Shown here piece after piece: positions 21,211 to 30,413 of a stretch of DNA of 64,000 nt. Below the pieces are notes generated by a model that had not been told where the DNA came from, made no database searches, and saw nothing but the letters and a program-made list of their open reading frames with translations. A program made the translations under genes and the position numbers. This DNA comes from Candidatus Bathyarchaeota archaeon (GTDB taxonomy: Archaea; Thermoproteota; Bathyarchaeia; Bathyarchaeales; Bathycorpusculaceae), in the NCBI GenBank assembly GCA_963767735.1, contig CAVYES010000007.1, forward strand, positions 288,001-352,000, given 5' to 3'. Positions within the stretch are counted from its first letter, which is position 1. Each line of letters begins with the position of its first letter.

Positions 21211-21540
21211 CTAGAAAGTGCTGGTGGCCACAGTCTGCGCTTCACCGCTAATGTCATTTGCAATGGTGCCTTTCTGCCCGTTCTTCACGCTATAAGCTGT
21301 TAAGACAACGTTGCTTAACGTGATTTTTGGAGTTCCCGACCCTGAGGTCGTGCCCTGTGGACCCCAAATAACGGTTACAAATGAACCGTTGAGCACATCT
21401 GTTAATAGCGCTGTGCAGTTTGCTGGAACATAAAGCGCTGAAGCCTTAAACGTGTAGGATTGGTTGCCGCTTGCCGTGAAAGCTGGCGACGGAGAATCTT
21501 CTGTGTACGTGTGTTCTAAATTCAGGTTGAACTCATAAGG
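21211..21540 (-). pseudogene. putative viral tail-tube protein remnant (no start codon)
   Basis: open frame ..SGNQSYTFKASALY..LLTDVLNGSFVTVIWGPQGTTSGSGTPKITLSNVVLTAYSVKNGQKGTIANDISGEA; pattern recognition only. Confidence 0.5.
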
Positions 21541-21700
21541 AAAAAAATTAAAATCCGAAGAAAGAGAAAATAAGCATAATAAAAGTTACGTCGAAAAAGC
21601 ACACGACACACACAGTAAAGTTGCCCTAAAAGCACATTGATATGTGTTCGCTGGCGTAGGGGCACATTAAATCAATCATGCAACTTGCTCTAATTAATGA

Positions 21701-22321
21701 CTATGGCGAATTTGTCCATACTGGCGTTACGGTCCAATTGGTTACAGTGCCTTCGTGAAGAATGCTTAAGGAACCATAAGACGCAGGAGCGCCACCAATA
21801 TATTCCGTCTGCTTACCATCTACAACTCCGAGCGTAGTGCTGTAACCGCTTGTGTAAACTCCAAGAAATGAGTCATAACTGCCATAAGTTTTTAGAATAA
21901 AATCGTTAGTTGCATTGTCGGCTCCAAATATTCCACCGCTAAAAGGAACAGTCATGTTTATTTCTAATGTTCCAGTGCCATTGTAAGCAACAATATCTAA
22001 TCCTGCGTTGTATGCCGTGCCTTCTCCAGTATTATTTACTGAACCAGTTATGTAAAGATAATTATACGGAATTGGAGTAGGTGTCCCCATTGCGGTACTT
22101 TCGTCGCCCATTATTTCAGTTACTCCTAATGAAGCCACAAGATGTGCCGTGGGCAAATTTGCTATGAAACTATTTAGCCTTGAAATTTGGCTGTTTAGCT
22201 TTGTTATTTCCCCATTATAGTAAACTATCGTTCCGGCAATTGCACCAACGAAGAGTACAGCTATCAAAACTGACATGACCATTATTTTTTTACTAATGCG
22301 TGCCTTTCTAACCATGCCCAC
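21701..22321 (-). CDS. membrane-anchored hypothetical protein
   Basis: N-terminal TM, short coiled coil, YLYITGSVNNTG beta domain. Confidence 0.75.
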   Translation of the reverse strand: MGMVRKARISKKIMVMSVLIAVLFVGAIAGTIVYYNGEITKLNSQISRLNSFIANLPTAHLVASLGVTEIMGDESTAMGTPTPIPYNYLYITGSVNNTGEGTAYNAGLDIVAYNGTGTLEINMTVPFSGGIFGADNATNDFILKTYGSYDSFLGVYTSGYSTTLGVVDGKQTEYIGGAPASYGSLSILHEGTVTNWTVTPVWTNSP

Positions 22322-24380
22322 CCAACTTCACCTGTATGCGTTTCTTGAAGGAAACCAACAAACCAGTAGCGTCGAATATTTCCAAATGTACCTCAGTTTT
22401 TGGTTTTCTTGCTTTTCCTAAATACAAGTACAGCCCAACTGTAACGATTGCCGCGATGACTACGCCAGTTACTACTCCATAGATTGCTTCTTGAAGTAAA
22501 CTTGACTGCGGTGTAGGGCTATGAGACACTGGCGTGCTGTTTGGGGTTGTTGTGAATACGATTGATATTTGGTGTGTGCTGAAGCTGGTTGTGTACCATA
22601 CGTAGTAGTTGTTGCTGTCTTGGGTGTAGCCTTGGTTTTGGGCAAGTTGGTCGTCGATGTAGATTGTCGGCGATGTTCCGTAAGTTACTGCGCTTATCGG
22701 GATGGTTATGTTGCCAAAGCCAGTTGTGCCACTTTGTCCTGTTACAGTGAAAGAAACCGTTGTTGTTTTGTCTGACTGGTTTGTTGTGATTGTTACGTTG
22801 GACATTTGTGAAATGGTTACATTCCCGCCCAGTATAAGGTCAACAGTTGCGCCATTCTCAGTCGTTGCAGGAACTGTTGCGCTCGCGCTAACAATAACCC
22901 AAACTCCTGATATTGGAAAACTGTCGTAATCACCATAGCCTGCCGAATCGCTTATGTTAAGAGAAATGTCATATGTTCCAGGTGTGGATTCGACGAACGT
23001 AAAGGTTGATGATGTGGCACCTGGAAACGCAACAATAGGTCCTTCTGGCGAACCCCCTACTGAAGTCCACAACTGCGTGTCCCACTGATAAATATATGGC
23101 GGATTTCCAGACGTTGGGTTTGCTGTGATTTCAACCGGTTGATTCACATACGTATATTGAATGAATGACTGCTTAATGCTCATCGATATTCCAGTAACAA
23201 TTCCAATTGGCTTTGGTGGCGGTGTTGGTGTCGGAAAAGGTGTTGGAATTTGAGTTGGCGTAGATGAACCACCAAAAGCATAAACGTTATCGTCATCGGA
23301 GCCTACATACACTATCCCGTTAACGACAGCAGGAGACGACTCAACCATGCCGCCAGTTGGGTAACTCCAGAGTTTGGTGCCGCTTGTAGCGTTCAAGGCA
23401 TAAACGTTATCGTCATCGGAGCCTATGTAAATTACGTTGTCAACAACAGCAGGAGACGAAGTAAACTCGTCCCGGAAAGTGTCAACGTTCCCGATGTTGT
23501 AACTCCAGAGTTCTGCTCCGTTCGCAGCGTTCAAAGCATAAACATAGCCGTTACCTGATAATATGTATACCACATCGTTGACGATAGCAGGAGACGAATC
23601 AACGGGATCGCCAGCAAAGTAACTCCAGAGTTGGTTGCCGCTCGTGGCGTTCAAAGCATAAACGTTACCATCATCCGAGCCTACACACACTACCCCGCCG
23701 ACAACAGCAGGAGATGAGTGAACCTCTCCGTTGGTAGCGTAACACCAGAGCGGGACGCCGTTGGTAGCGTTCAAAGCATAAACGTTACCGTCATCGGAGC
23801 CTACATACACTACCCCGTTCACAACGGCAGGCGACGAGTCAACATAGCCGCTAGTGGTGTAATTCCAGAGTTTGTCGCCGTTAGTAGCGTTCAAAGCATA
23901 AATGTTTCTATTAAATGAGGCTATGTATACAACGCCGTTTAAGACAGCTGGAGACGCCCAAACCCAGTCACTAGTATTGTAATTCCAAAGTTTGACGCCG
24001 TTGGTAGCGTTCAAAGCATAAACGTTACCGTCAAACGAGGCTATGTATACTACGCCGTTGAAGACGGCAGGAGATGAAAAAACATCGTCACCTGTGGTGT
24101 ACTTCCAGAGTTGGATGCCACTTGTAGCGTCCAAAGCATAAACGTTGCCATCCTCGGAACCTATGTAAACTACGCCGTTGACAACAGCGGGAGACGAATA
24201 AACACTGTTAGCTGTGAGGTATTTCCAGACTAAGGTTGGGTAAGGTTGTGGATTGCCTATGCCGACGCCATCGTGAGACGGGTCCGAGCGGAACATTATC
24301 CAATCCGCGTTCGCAAATGGAACCAAAACTAAGCTGAAAAGAAAAATTATGCAAATTAATGCTCCGGCGGTTTTTTTCAT
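22308..24380 (-). CDS. secreted PQQ-type beta-propeller repeat protein with C-terminal anchor
   Basis: 8x SSPAVV.GVVY.GS.D..VYALNAT.G..LW repeats (~120-bp DNA repeats), signal peptide, C-terminal TM. Confidence 0.9.
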   Translation of the reverse strand: MKKTAGALICIIFLFSLVLVPFANADWIMFRSDPSHDGVGIGNPQPYPTLVWKYLTANSVYSSPAVVNGVVYIGSEDGNVYALDATSGIQLWKYTTGDDVFSSPAVFNGVVYIASFDGNVYALNATNGVKLWNYNTSDWVWASPAVLNGVVYIASFNRNIYALNATNGDKLWNYTTSGYVDSSPAVVNGVVYVGSDDGNVYALNATNGVPLWCYATNGEVHSSPAVVGGVVCVGSDDGNVYALNATSGNQLWSYFAGDPVDSSPAIVNDVVYILSGNGYVYALNAANGAELWSYNIGNVDTFRDEFTSSPAVVDNVIYIGSDDDNVYALNATSGTKLWSYPTGGMVESSPAVVNGIVYVGSDDDNVYAFGGSSTPTQIPTPFPTPTPPPKPIGIVTGISMSIKQSFIQYTYVNQPVEITANPTSGNPPYIYQWDTQLWTSVGGSPEGPIVAFPGATSSTFTFVESTPGTYDISLNISDSAGYGDYDSFPISGVWVIVSASATVPATTENGATVDLILGGNVTISQMSNVTITTNQSDKTTTVSFTVTGQSGTTGFGNITIPISAVTYGTSPTIYIDDQLAQNQGYTQDSNNYYVWYTTSFSTHQISIVFTTTPNSTPVSHSPTPQSSLLQEAIYGVVTGVVIAAIVTVGLYLYLGKARKPKTEVHLEIFDATGLLVSFKKRIQVKLGGHG

Positions 24381-24932
24381 TTGTTTTCTGATTTGCTATT
24401 TGGTTCTTAAAGCGATAAAAGGTTTCTTGTACATGTTTCTTGACTAAGCGGCTAATTTTCAGTACAGATTTCTTGACTAAATGCCGTCAAGCAGTGCCCG
24501 GTGACCAACCTAACCGCTTGGGCACGACGAAGAAATTAAAATCCGGTGCAAAGCCTTTGGGAATCTCATAACGTAACGCTTAGCGACGTTGACGCCTTCT
24601 GTGTCAACTTATCGCTTAACCCACACTTTTTTTATTTTAAGCTTTTACGATAACACCTCTGCAAAGTAATTACACTGCACGCAGAAGAGAAATTCTAATT
24701 GACCTTTAGGAAAAGTAATTTTTAAATTTAAAATCGTAAAAGTAGTCTTTAGTGAGGTTACTCGAAAAAGGCGTGTGTTGTGCAGTTTGATCAAGCCTTG
24801 ATTGCTCGTATGTGCCATTATCGCTTTGGCCTTGGCTCTCCCATCGGAAAAGTCGCTATACCCCTACTTATTCACTTAACCGCTTAATCGCTTACTGTGC
24901 TAAGGCTTAATCCAACCTTATCGCAAAAACCA

Positions 24933-25002
24933 CTGTTCTATGAGAACCCAGGTAAACCGTATACTATATAGTAATCGTTTCACCCAAGTTTCCATAGAAC
25001 AG
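24933..25002. repeat. 70-bp imperfect palindrome, copy 1
   Basis: CTGTTCTATG...TACTATATAGTA...CATAGAACAG, symmetric about 24967/24968. Confidence 0.85.
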
Positions 25003-25187
25003 CCGATAATGCATTTCCCAAAGGGTATTGCGGAACATTATTGTGATCTATGCTCTTTGTCTGCGCCAGAATTCAGTCATCAATTTTTGTCAGCCATTAC
25101 TTCTCTCCAGCGATCAAAGAACTGCGCGACCGAACGTTGAGGGCTTTGAAGGAAATGGAAACAGAACGAGCCCAATAACGTTTCTTT

Positions 25188-25952
25188 CTAAGTGGATGCA
25201 CAAAGACTCGGTTTTTCATAACGTTTTAAAATGAATGTAAAAGTACTTATTGCCCACAAATACAGAAAGTTTGCAACCTCATCTGTGACAAACTCGGGGT
25301 GAGACCCATAATGACACAGCATTTTAAACAGTGCTTCGACAGATTTTGGCTCTTCCTTTCTTGGAGTTTCTTTGAGTACACCTGCATCCACTAATTGTCC
25401 TATGGCATCTGTGAAGGCACTATACGGTGTTATTGATCGCTTTTTGAGAATTTCTTCAATTAGTGATTGCAAACAATTCCTGAAAAGAGCAAATGACCCG
25501 GAATAACTAACTCTGTAGATTTCCAACGCCTGAGTGAGATGGGCAGCGGCTAAAGTAAAGTCTTGCTTAGTCATTTCTGTCTGAAGGTAGCTTTTCCTTT
25601 CTACCAAATCAGGTTTGATAGATTCTTCAACAACTGGCGAAACGACACCGTCAGAGCCTACGGTTATTAGCAGCGAAACTTCCAACGCCATTTCTAATTC
25701 AAAAAGCTTTTCTTCGACTGCTCCGTCATAATCGCTAACTATTATGTATTTTCGTGCATCCTGTACAACCTTCTGCACAACTTTGAGTTCATTTGCTCCA
25801 GAAATTCTTGATGAGAAATTCATAGCGACCTTAAATTTGTTTTCTCCTTCGGGCTCGATGTTTAGTTTATTCGCCATGAGCTCAATATTCGTACGTGAAT
25901 ATAACGCACTCATCAGATCGGACAAGCAGGCACGAACGTCTAATGGTAACAT
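25188..25952 (-). CDS. hypothetical protein, possibly Abi/HEPN-like C-terminal domain
   Basis: AAAHLTQALE..FRNCLQSLIE..HYGSHP helical pattern; family call tentative. Confidence 0.6.
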   Translation of the reverse strand: MLPLDVRACLSDLMSALYSRTNIELMANKLNIEPEGENKFKVAMNFSSRISGANELKVVQKVVQDARKYIIVSDYDGAVEEKLFELEMALEVSLLITVGSDGVVSPVVEESIKPDLVERKSYLQTEMTKQDFTLAAAHLTQALEIYRVSYSGSFALFRNCLQSLIEEILKKRSITPYSAFTDAIGQLVDAGVLKETPRKEEPKSVEALFKMLCHYGSHPEFVTDEVANFLYLWAISTFTFILKRYEKPSLCAST

Positions 25953-26075
25953 TATCTGTCCCTCTTTTCTTAAATACAGTATTAAACCTTAAGAATTTAG
26001 CTACGGACTCGGTTGATGTACGGCACACAAACTGTTAAATCTAAATTTTGAGTTTGAAGTTATTGGGACAGAAAA

Positions 26076-26663
26076 ATGAAGAAAACCTGTGTTTTCTGTA
26101 ATCCTGAAGATTTTGGAAATAGAAAACTGCGTCTTGAGGACCAAAATGGCTATTGGTACTCGATAGTACCAAAGGAAATTGGCACCTTCGGTCAAGTTCT
26201 ATTGGTTGCAAAGAAAAAGCCTGAAGATGGAAGGCACATAACCGACATAAGCGATTCATTACTATTGAAGGATCCATCACGTCTACAATCTATTATGAAA
26301 GGAATTAGTATTATTTCCAACAAGTTGAAGGAAGGATTGAAAGACTCACAGGGTAGAATAGTTGAGAAAGTTTATGTTTTGACCCAGTGTGAGGGAAAAG
26401 AATCGCATCTTCATTTCCAATTCTTCCCTCGCTACAAAGGAGATCTCGAAAGAAACATGTTTCTCTACAATTGTGAATTAGAGGAAGCAAGATGGCAAGA
26501 CCCACCAGAGTTGAAGCCTGAGACGAGGATTATGGAAGGAAGAAGAATCCTTAAGAAATATGACCAATTACTGAAAGAAAACCAATTTTTTTATCACATA
26601 GATTACAGATCGAAAGTAACAGATGATACCGTGAAAGAGCTAAACCGCGTGCTAACGCAGTAG
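26076..26663 (+). CDS. HIT-superfamily hydrolase
   Basis: CVFC near N-terminus, GQVLLV, HLHFQFFPR (HxHxQ). Confidence 0.75.
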   Translation: MKKTCVFCNPEDFGNRKLRLEDQNGYWYSIVPKEIGTFGQVLLVAKKKPEDGRHITDISDSLLLKDPSRLQSIMKGISIISNKLKEGLKDSQGRIVEKVYVLTQCEGKESHLHFQFFPRYKGDLERNMFLYNCELEEARWQDPPELKPETRIMEGRRILKKYDQLLKENQFFYHIDYRSKVTDDTVKELNRVLTQ

Positions 26664-26765
26664 AGATGCATTGGTTTACCCTATCACAGATTTTCTGCTG
26701 AAAATCAACCCAAAGCATTACACGACGTTCTTAAGACAAGCAATGGGATTCTATATCTCATTATT

Positions 26766-27533
26766 TTAGATTGGAGAGGCTATGTATTTTTGCAATAAGA
26801 ACAGAATTTCTTTTCCCTCTTTCTTGTTCTCCTTACCCAATACGGAATAGATGCCTATGATTTTTTCCACTTCAGGAGTTGCTGATTCAAGCAATGATTG
26901 TGATATTATTTCTATGTTAGCGTTTTTCTTAAAGGTAGTTTTGCTTTGGAGACAACGAGCACTAATCTTCTTGAGAGCTGTGTCGTAATCCTTTTTCAAC
27001 ATAGCAGGCAAAACATTATCGGGATTTCTCGACACTATAAGGTCTTGAGAAATATCGTATGCCCTTGCAATATCAGCACCGTCCATCACGCCTCTTTTCT
27101 CTAACGATAATTCCATTTCCCCAGACAAGGTCTGACTCCACGAGTGGAACACCTTTTGTTTTACCATTCTTGTTGTAATTTCTAATTCTGCAAATTCTGG
27201 CAACGCATTTTTCTTAAAAGAACTAATTAAAACATACAAGTCTTCATGGTGCTTTTTCATAAGGAAATCTGTTCCTTATTCATAGAGCATTTTCAAATTT
27301 GTAAAGTCAAAACTAACATCGGGTTCTTCCAAAAATTTTTCCAGCGTCTCAATGTTTCGACGTATTTCATTATGCAAGAGAGGGTACTTTTCCTTAACAA
27401 CGTCGGTGATATATTGTTGAGAAATTTGCCGTTTCTGAATCCTACCTCCAACAAAGTAACCAATGATACCCGTAATGACCGCTGGAATAATAATCGGAAA
27501 CCATTGCGTTAGTTCTTCGCTCATTATTCGCAC
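26766..27533 (-). pseudogene. single-TM hypothetical protein with in-frame TAA at 27276
   Basis: two ORFs in the same frame separated by one stop (LYE*GTDFLMKK). Confidence 0.6.
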
Positions 27534-27807
27534 TTTGAAGAGTAATTGAGCTTTGCAGACTAAAAAACTTGCACTAATAGAGACTGATCTAAGGATTCCT
27601 GAATTATTCGCCGATTTTATCGAGGGCAGACTTTCTCAGAAGATAAAAACATCTAAAAGGCTTACAATAATCGCCCAAAAAGCTTAGAAAAACCAATTGA
27701 TTTGCCAACCGCTTAGAAAGATTCTCATCTTTAAAATCGAAATTTGTTTTTTTTCAAGCGTCAACAGCCTCAATAAACATAATTAGACTTAAAATGTTTG
27801 TAAAAGG

Positions 27808-27883
27808 TAAGCGTGGGGGGATTTGAACCCCCGTCTTGGGAATGCGAATCCCCATGCTCTAATCCGGGCTAAGCTACACGGGC
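27808..27883 (-). tRNA. tRNA-like/pseudo-tRNA, probable anticodon CGC
   Basis: GCCCGTG-TAGCTTAGCCCGGATTAGAGC-ATGGGGATTCGCATTCCCA-AGAC-GGGGGTTCAAATCCCCC-CACG(CTT); only 4 acceptor pairs, one extra G in anticodon stem. Confidence 0.65.
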
Positions 27884-28074
27884 ACGTTTAGTTCGATTGC
27901 TCAAACATCGTGTAACCATACGCCAATCTATGACTAAAGTCAGTAAATATTTAAGTTTTTAGCAATTATCTATGTGGACGCATTGGTGCGTCAAGCAGCG
28001 CGCTACAATATATGCTTGCATGTAGGGAAATATTGGGATCAGAAAAAACCGCTTTTTCCAAGCTGTTTAGGCGC

Positions 28075-29397
28075 TTAACCGAATAAGCTCTTCCATAGCG
28101 GTGGAGTTTGATTGTTAAGAGGGTCGAACCGTCTAAATACAAGATTTTCATTTCGTGATGCTTCAAAGCAATTGGGACATAGTAGTTCTTTAGAAATCAA
28201 ATATTTTCGTCTCCAATATCCATGTTCTCGGCAAGTAGTGCGACCACACCGTTTACATCTAAACCCATGAATACTCTTAATCAAAAACCCGCCAGAATGA
28301 GTTGTTTTTCCGCATGTATCACAAATAATTGCGCCTTCAGATATTCTACTGTTGCAGAGTTGACATTGTCGTAAATTGTCTGAGACTGATAACAAGCGTC
28401 CTGATGGCGATTGAGTTCCTTGAGTGTAATAGCTTGTTGCGCCCAATTTAAAATCTATCCGAGTCAAAGGTAAATAGAGTTGTCGAACATCGCTAATGTA
28501 CACTTCTCTTTCTCCAGGTACACATTCTTTAGTATATCTTTGATTGTTACGCCCATAGTAGGAAACATTCCGAGTATGCTTCTGTATGATGAATTTCTTG
28601 GCACTTCGTTGCATTGTTGTAGAGTCAACTTGGAATGTTGGCAAGTCTCCCACAAAGTCTTGATGTGGCTGATTAAACCGGTCCTGCTGTTCTGACTCCA
28701 AGAAAGCACTTATGTTGTCGTTATGTAGTTGACCAGTGTTTCCATCCAAAAAGAGTCGAGCTTTAGAAACATTCTCTTGATGAACTATTCCTACTGAAGT
28801 CTCAAACACGCAGCTTACATTATATGTTATCGAATATACTGGTCTATAGGAAATCGCTCTGTTCAAGTTGTTTAGCAATTTAGAAGGATGCCGTGGATAA
28901 CTTGACGAAAGTGAAGCGACATAAGATGATATTGTTTGAGCAGTTTCGTCTCTTGGTGAAAGAGAATAAGTCCAAACGCTTAATTTCTGTCTGCCACTAA
29001 CCATAGTTACATTCGCACGAGACGCCATGTCAACCAAAATTGGTCGGTCTATCATATCAATTTGGGTATGTGTACTTGTAAGATTCTCCGCATATTCTAA
29101 CGCTTCTTTTGTAAAGTGTCCTGTCGTTACAAGCATGCCCTTAACAGCTTTCGAGGTTATGACGGCCGAGTGCAACTTTTGAACTATTGGGCGTCCTATA
29201 CTGGTCTTTGGCTGGTGCTTGCATTCTACAACGATTAACCCTTTTGCGGAGTGGATTAATATGTCTCTGCCTCCATCTTGAGTGAAAAGTATTTTCTCAA
29301 CGTGCCCATAGTCTAATCTTTCCAGTATATCTGCAACGAGTTCTTCAAAATCAAACCCTGACATCTTATCTAAGAAAACCGCTGCGTTTTCAGTCAA
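28075..29397 (-). CDS. Mrr-like restriction endonuclease with C-terminal zinc fingers
   Basis: FEELVADIL, DGGRDI, VECK, LVTTGHFT.EA; multiple CxxC pairs in C-terminus. Confidence 0.85.
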   Translation of the reverse strand: MTENAAVFLDKMSGFDFEELVADILERLDYGHVEKILFTQDGGRDILIHSAKGLIVVECKHQPKTSIGRPIVQKLHSAVITSKAVKGMLVTTGHFTKEALEYAENLTSTHTQIDMIDRPILVDMASRANVTMVSGRQKLSVWTYSLSPRDETAQTISSYVASLSSSYPRHPSKLLNNLNRAISYRPVYSITYNVSCVFETSVGIVHQENVSKARLFLDGNTGQLHNDNISAFLESEQQDRFNQPHQDFVGDLPTFQVDSTTMQRSAKKFIIQKHTRNVSYYGRNNQRYTKECVPGEREVYISDVRQLYLPLTRIDFKLGATSYYTQGTQSPSGRLLSVSDNLRQCQLCNSRISEGAIICDTCGKTTHSGGFLIKSIHGFRCKRCGRTTCREHGYWRRKYLISKELLCPNCFEASRNENLVFRRFDPLNNQTPPLWKSLFG

Positions 29398-29678
29398 CCA
29401 GCAAGCACCTTATTTTATATTGTTCTAATTCCGAGACAGCATCTATTTTAAACTTGTGCCAATTTGTTTCTCGCATATGCTTCTATATAATTTAACTATC
29501 TGTTGGTCAAACAGACGCTTAGTCCTATGAAGAGATTGTTAAATCACACAAGAAACACGAAAGAAAAACGCCGAATCTAATGTTCTTTACATGGAATGGC
29601 GAATTGTGCGCCCCGCGTTTCCAAGTTATCTACCCCTATCATTCCGCAAGAAAAGTCTCTCAAACTTTTTGCAAAGAC

Positions 29679-29748
29679 TCGTCCTATGGAAAACAGGGTA
29701 AACCGATTACTATATAGTAAGTGATTTACCCAATTTTTCATAGAACAG
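29679..29748. repeat. 70-bp imperfect palindrome, copy 2
   Basis: ..CTATGGAAAACAGGGTAAACCGA-TTACTATATAGTAA-GTGATTTACCCAATTTTTCATAGAACAG. Confidence 0.85.
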
Positions 29749-29787
29749 GCAGATATTTGCGAAAAAAAAAATAAAAAATAATAGGGC

Positions 29788-29943
29788 TTAATCCTCTGGC
29801 TTAGGCAAAACGAACAATGGAAACGTGTCCAAGTTCGACTCTTCAGCTGTTTTGATTCCGAGGAACTGTTTGATTTTCACCTGAGCCTCCACTGTGAAGT
29901 CGCTAAGGTATATCGGGAGCTCGTCGGATTCATTTTTGCTCAT
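29788..29943 (-). CDS. small hypothetical protein (51 aa)
   Basis: manual translation MSKNESDELPIYLSDFTVEAQVKIKQFLG...; T-rich tract downstream. Confidence 0.55.
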   Translation of the reverse strand: MSKNESDELPIYLSDFTVEAQVKIKQFLGIKTAEESNLDTFPLFVLPKPED

Positions 29944-30413
29944 TTTATCATCTCATAAACGACGACCTAATCCTGATTCTTAAAGGTCTATCACGCAGTG
30001 GGACCTATAGAGACAAAGAGATGAAGGCGACTTAAACTCTTTTTTGATGCCGGTATGCTATTAGCTTAATTCATCATCCGCCTTCTCTATCTACCCCGAT
30101 TTCTGATAGAACTTCGTCACATGGCGGTACGGTTCATTGGAGGGGTTCAAATTTCCCAATGACGCTGCTTGAAAAGGTCCAAGCCATGTTTTCTAAAAAA
30201 ATCAAATGAATCGATGTCACCTTAGCGTTTAGGGTTTGCTGAGGCTCTGGGACTTTTTGAGGAGAAAAGAACGCAAATGCGAATGCGCTATCACGATGCT
30301 GAGCGATTGCGTAAATCGTGATTAACCAGAGCCTTCTCAGCCCCATTTTTCGCCATTGCTTTTGAGACTAAAAAAGGGGAAAGAGAGATTGTGGTTGTTT
30401 TATTGTTTTGGTT

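Larger units (their letters stand above)
18054..29943. mobile_element. degenerate integrated element/genomic island (boundaries approximate)
   Basis: integrase next to tRNA, tail-tube relic, restriction/Abi-like genes, tRNA-like element; no clean att pair found. Confidence 0.5.

Noticed and set aside
23270-24240. ~120-bp tandem DNA repeats as a possible DGR or array
   Set aside because: Fully explained by the 40-aa propeller repeats; no reverse transcriptase or adenine-specific variation noticed
30020-30095. Possible hairpin or box C/D RNA (ATGATGA on the minus strand)
   Set aside because: No box D (CTGA) at a suitable distance; pairing is weak
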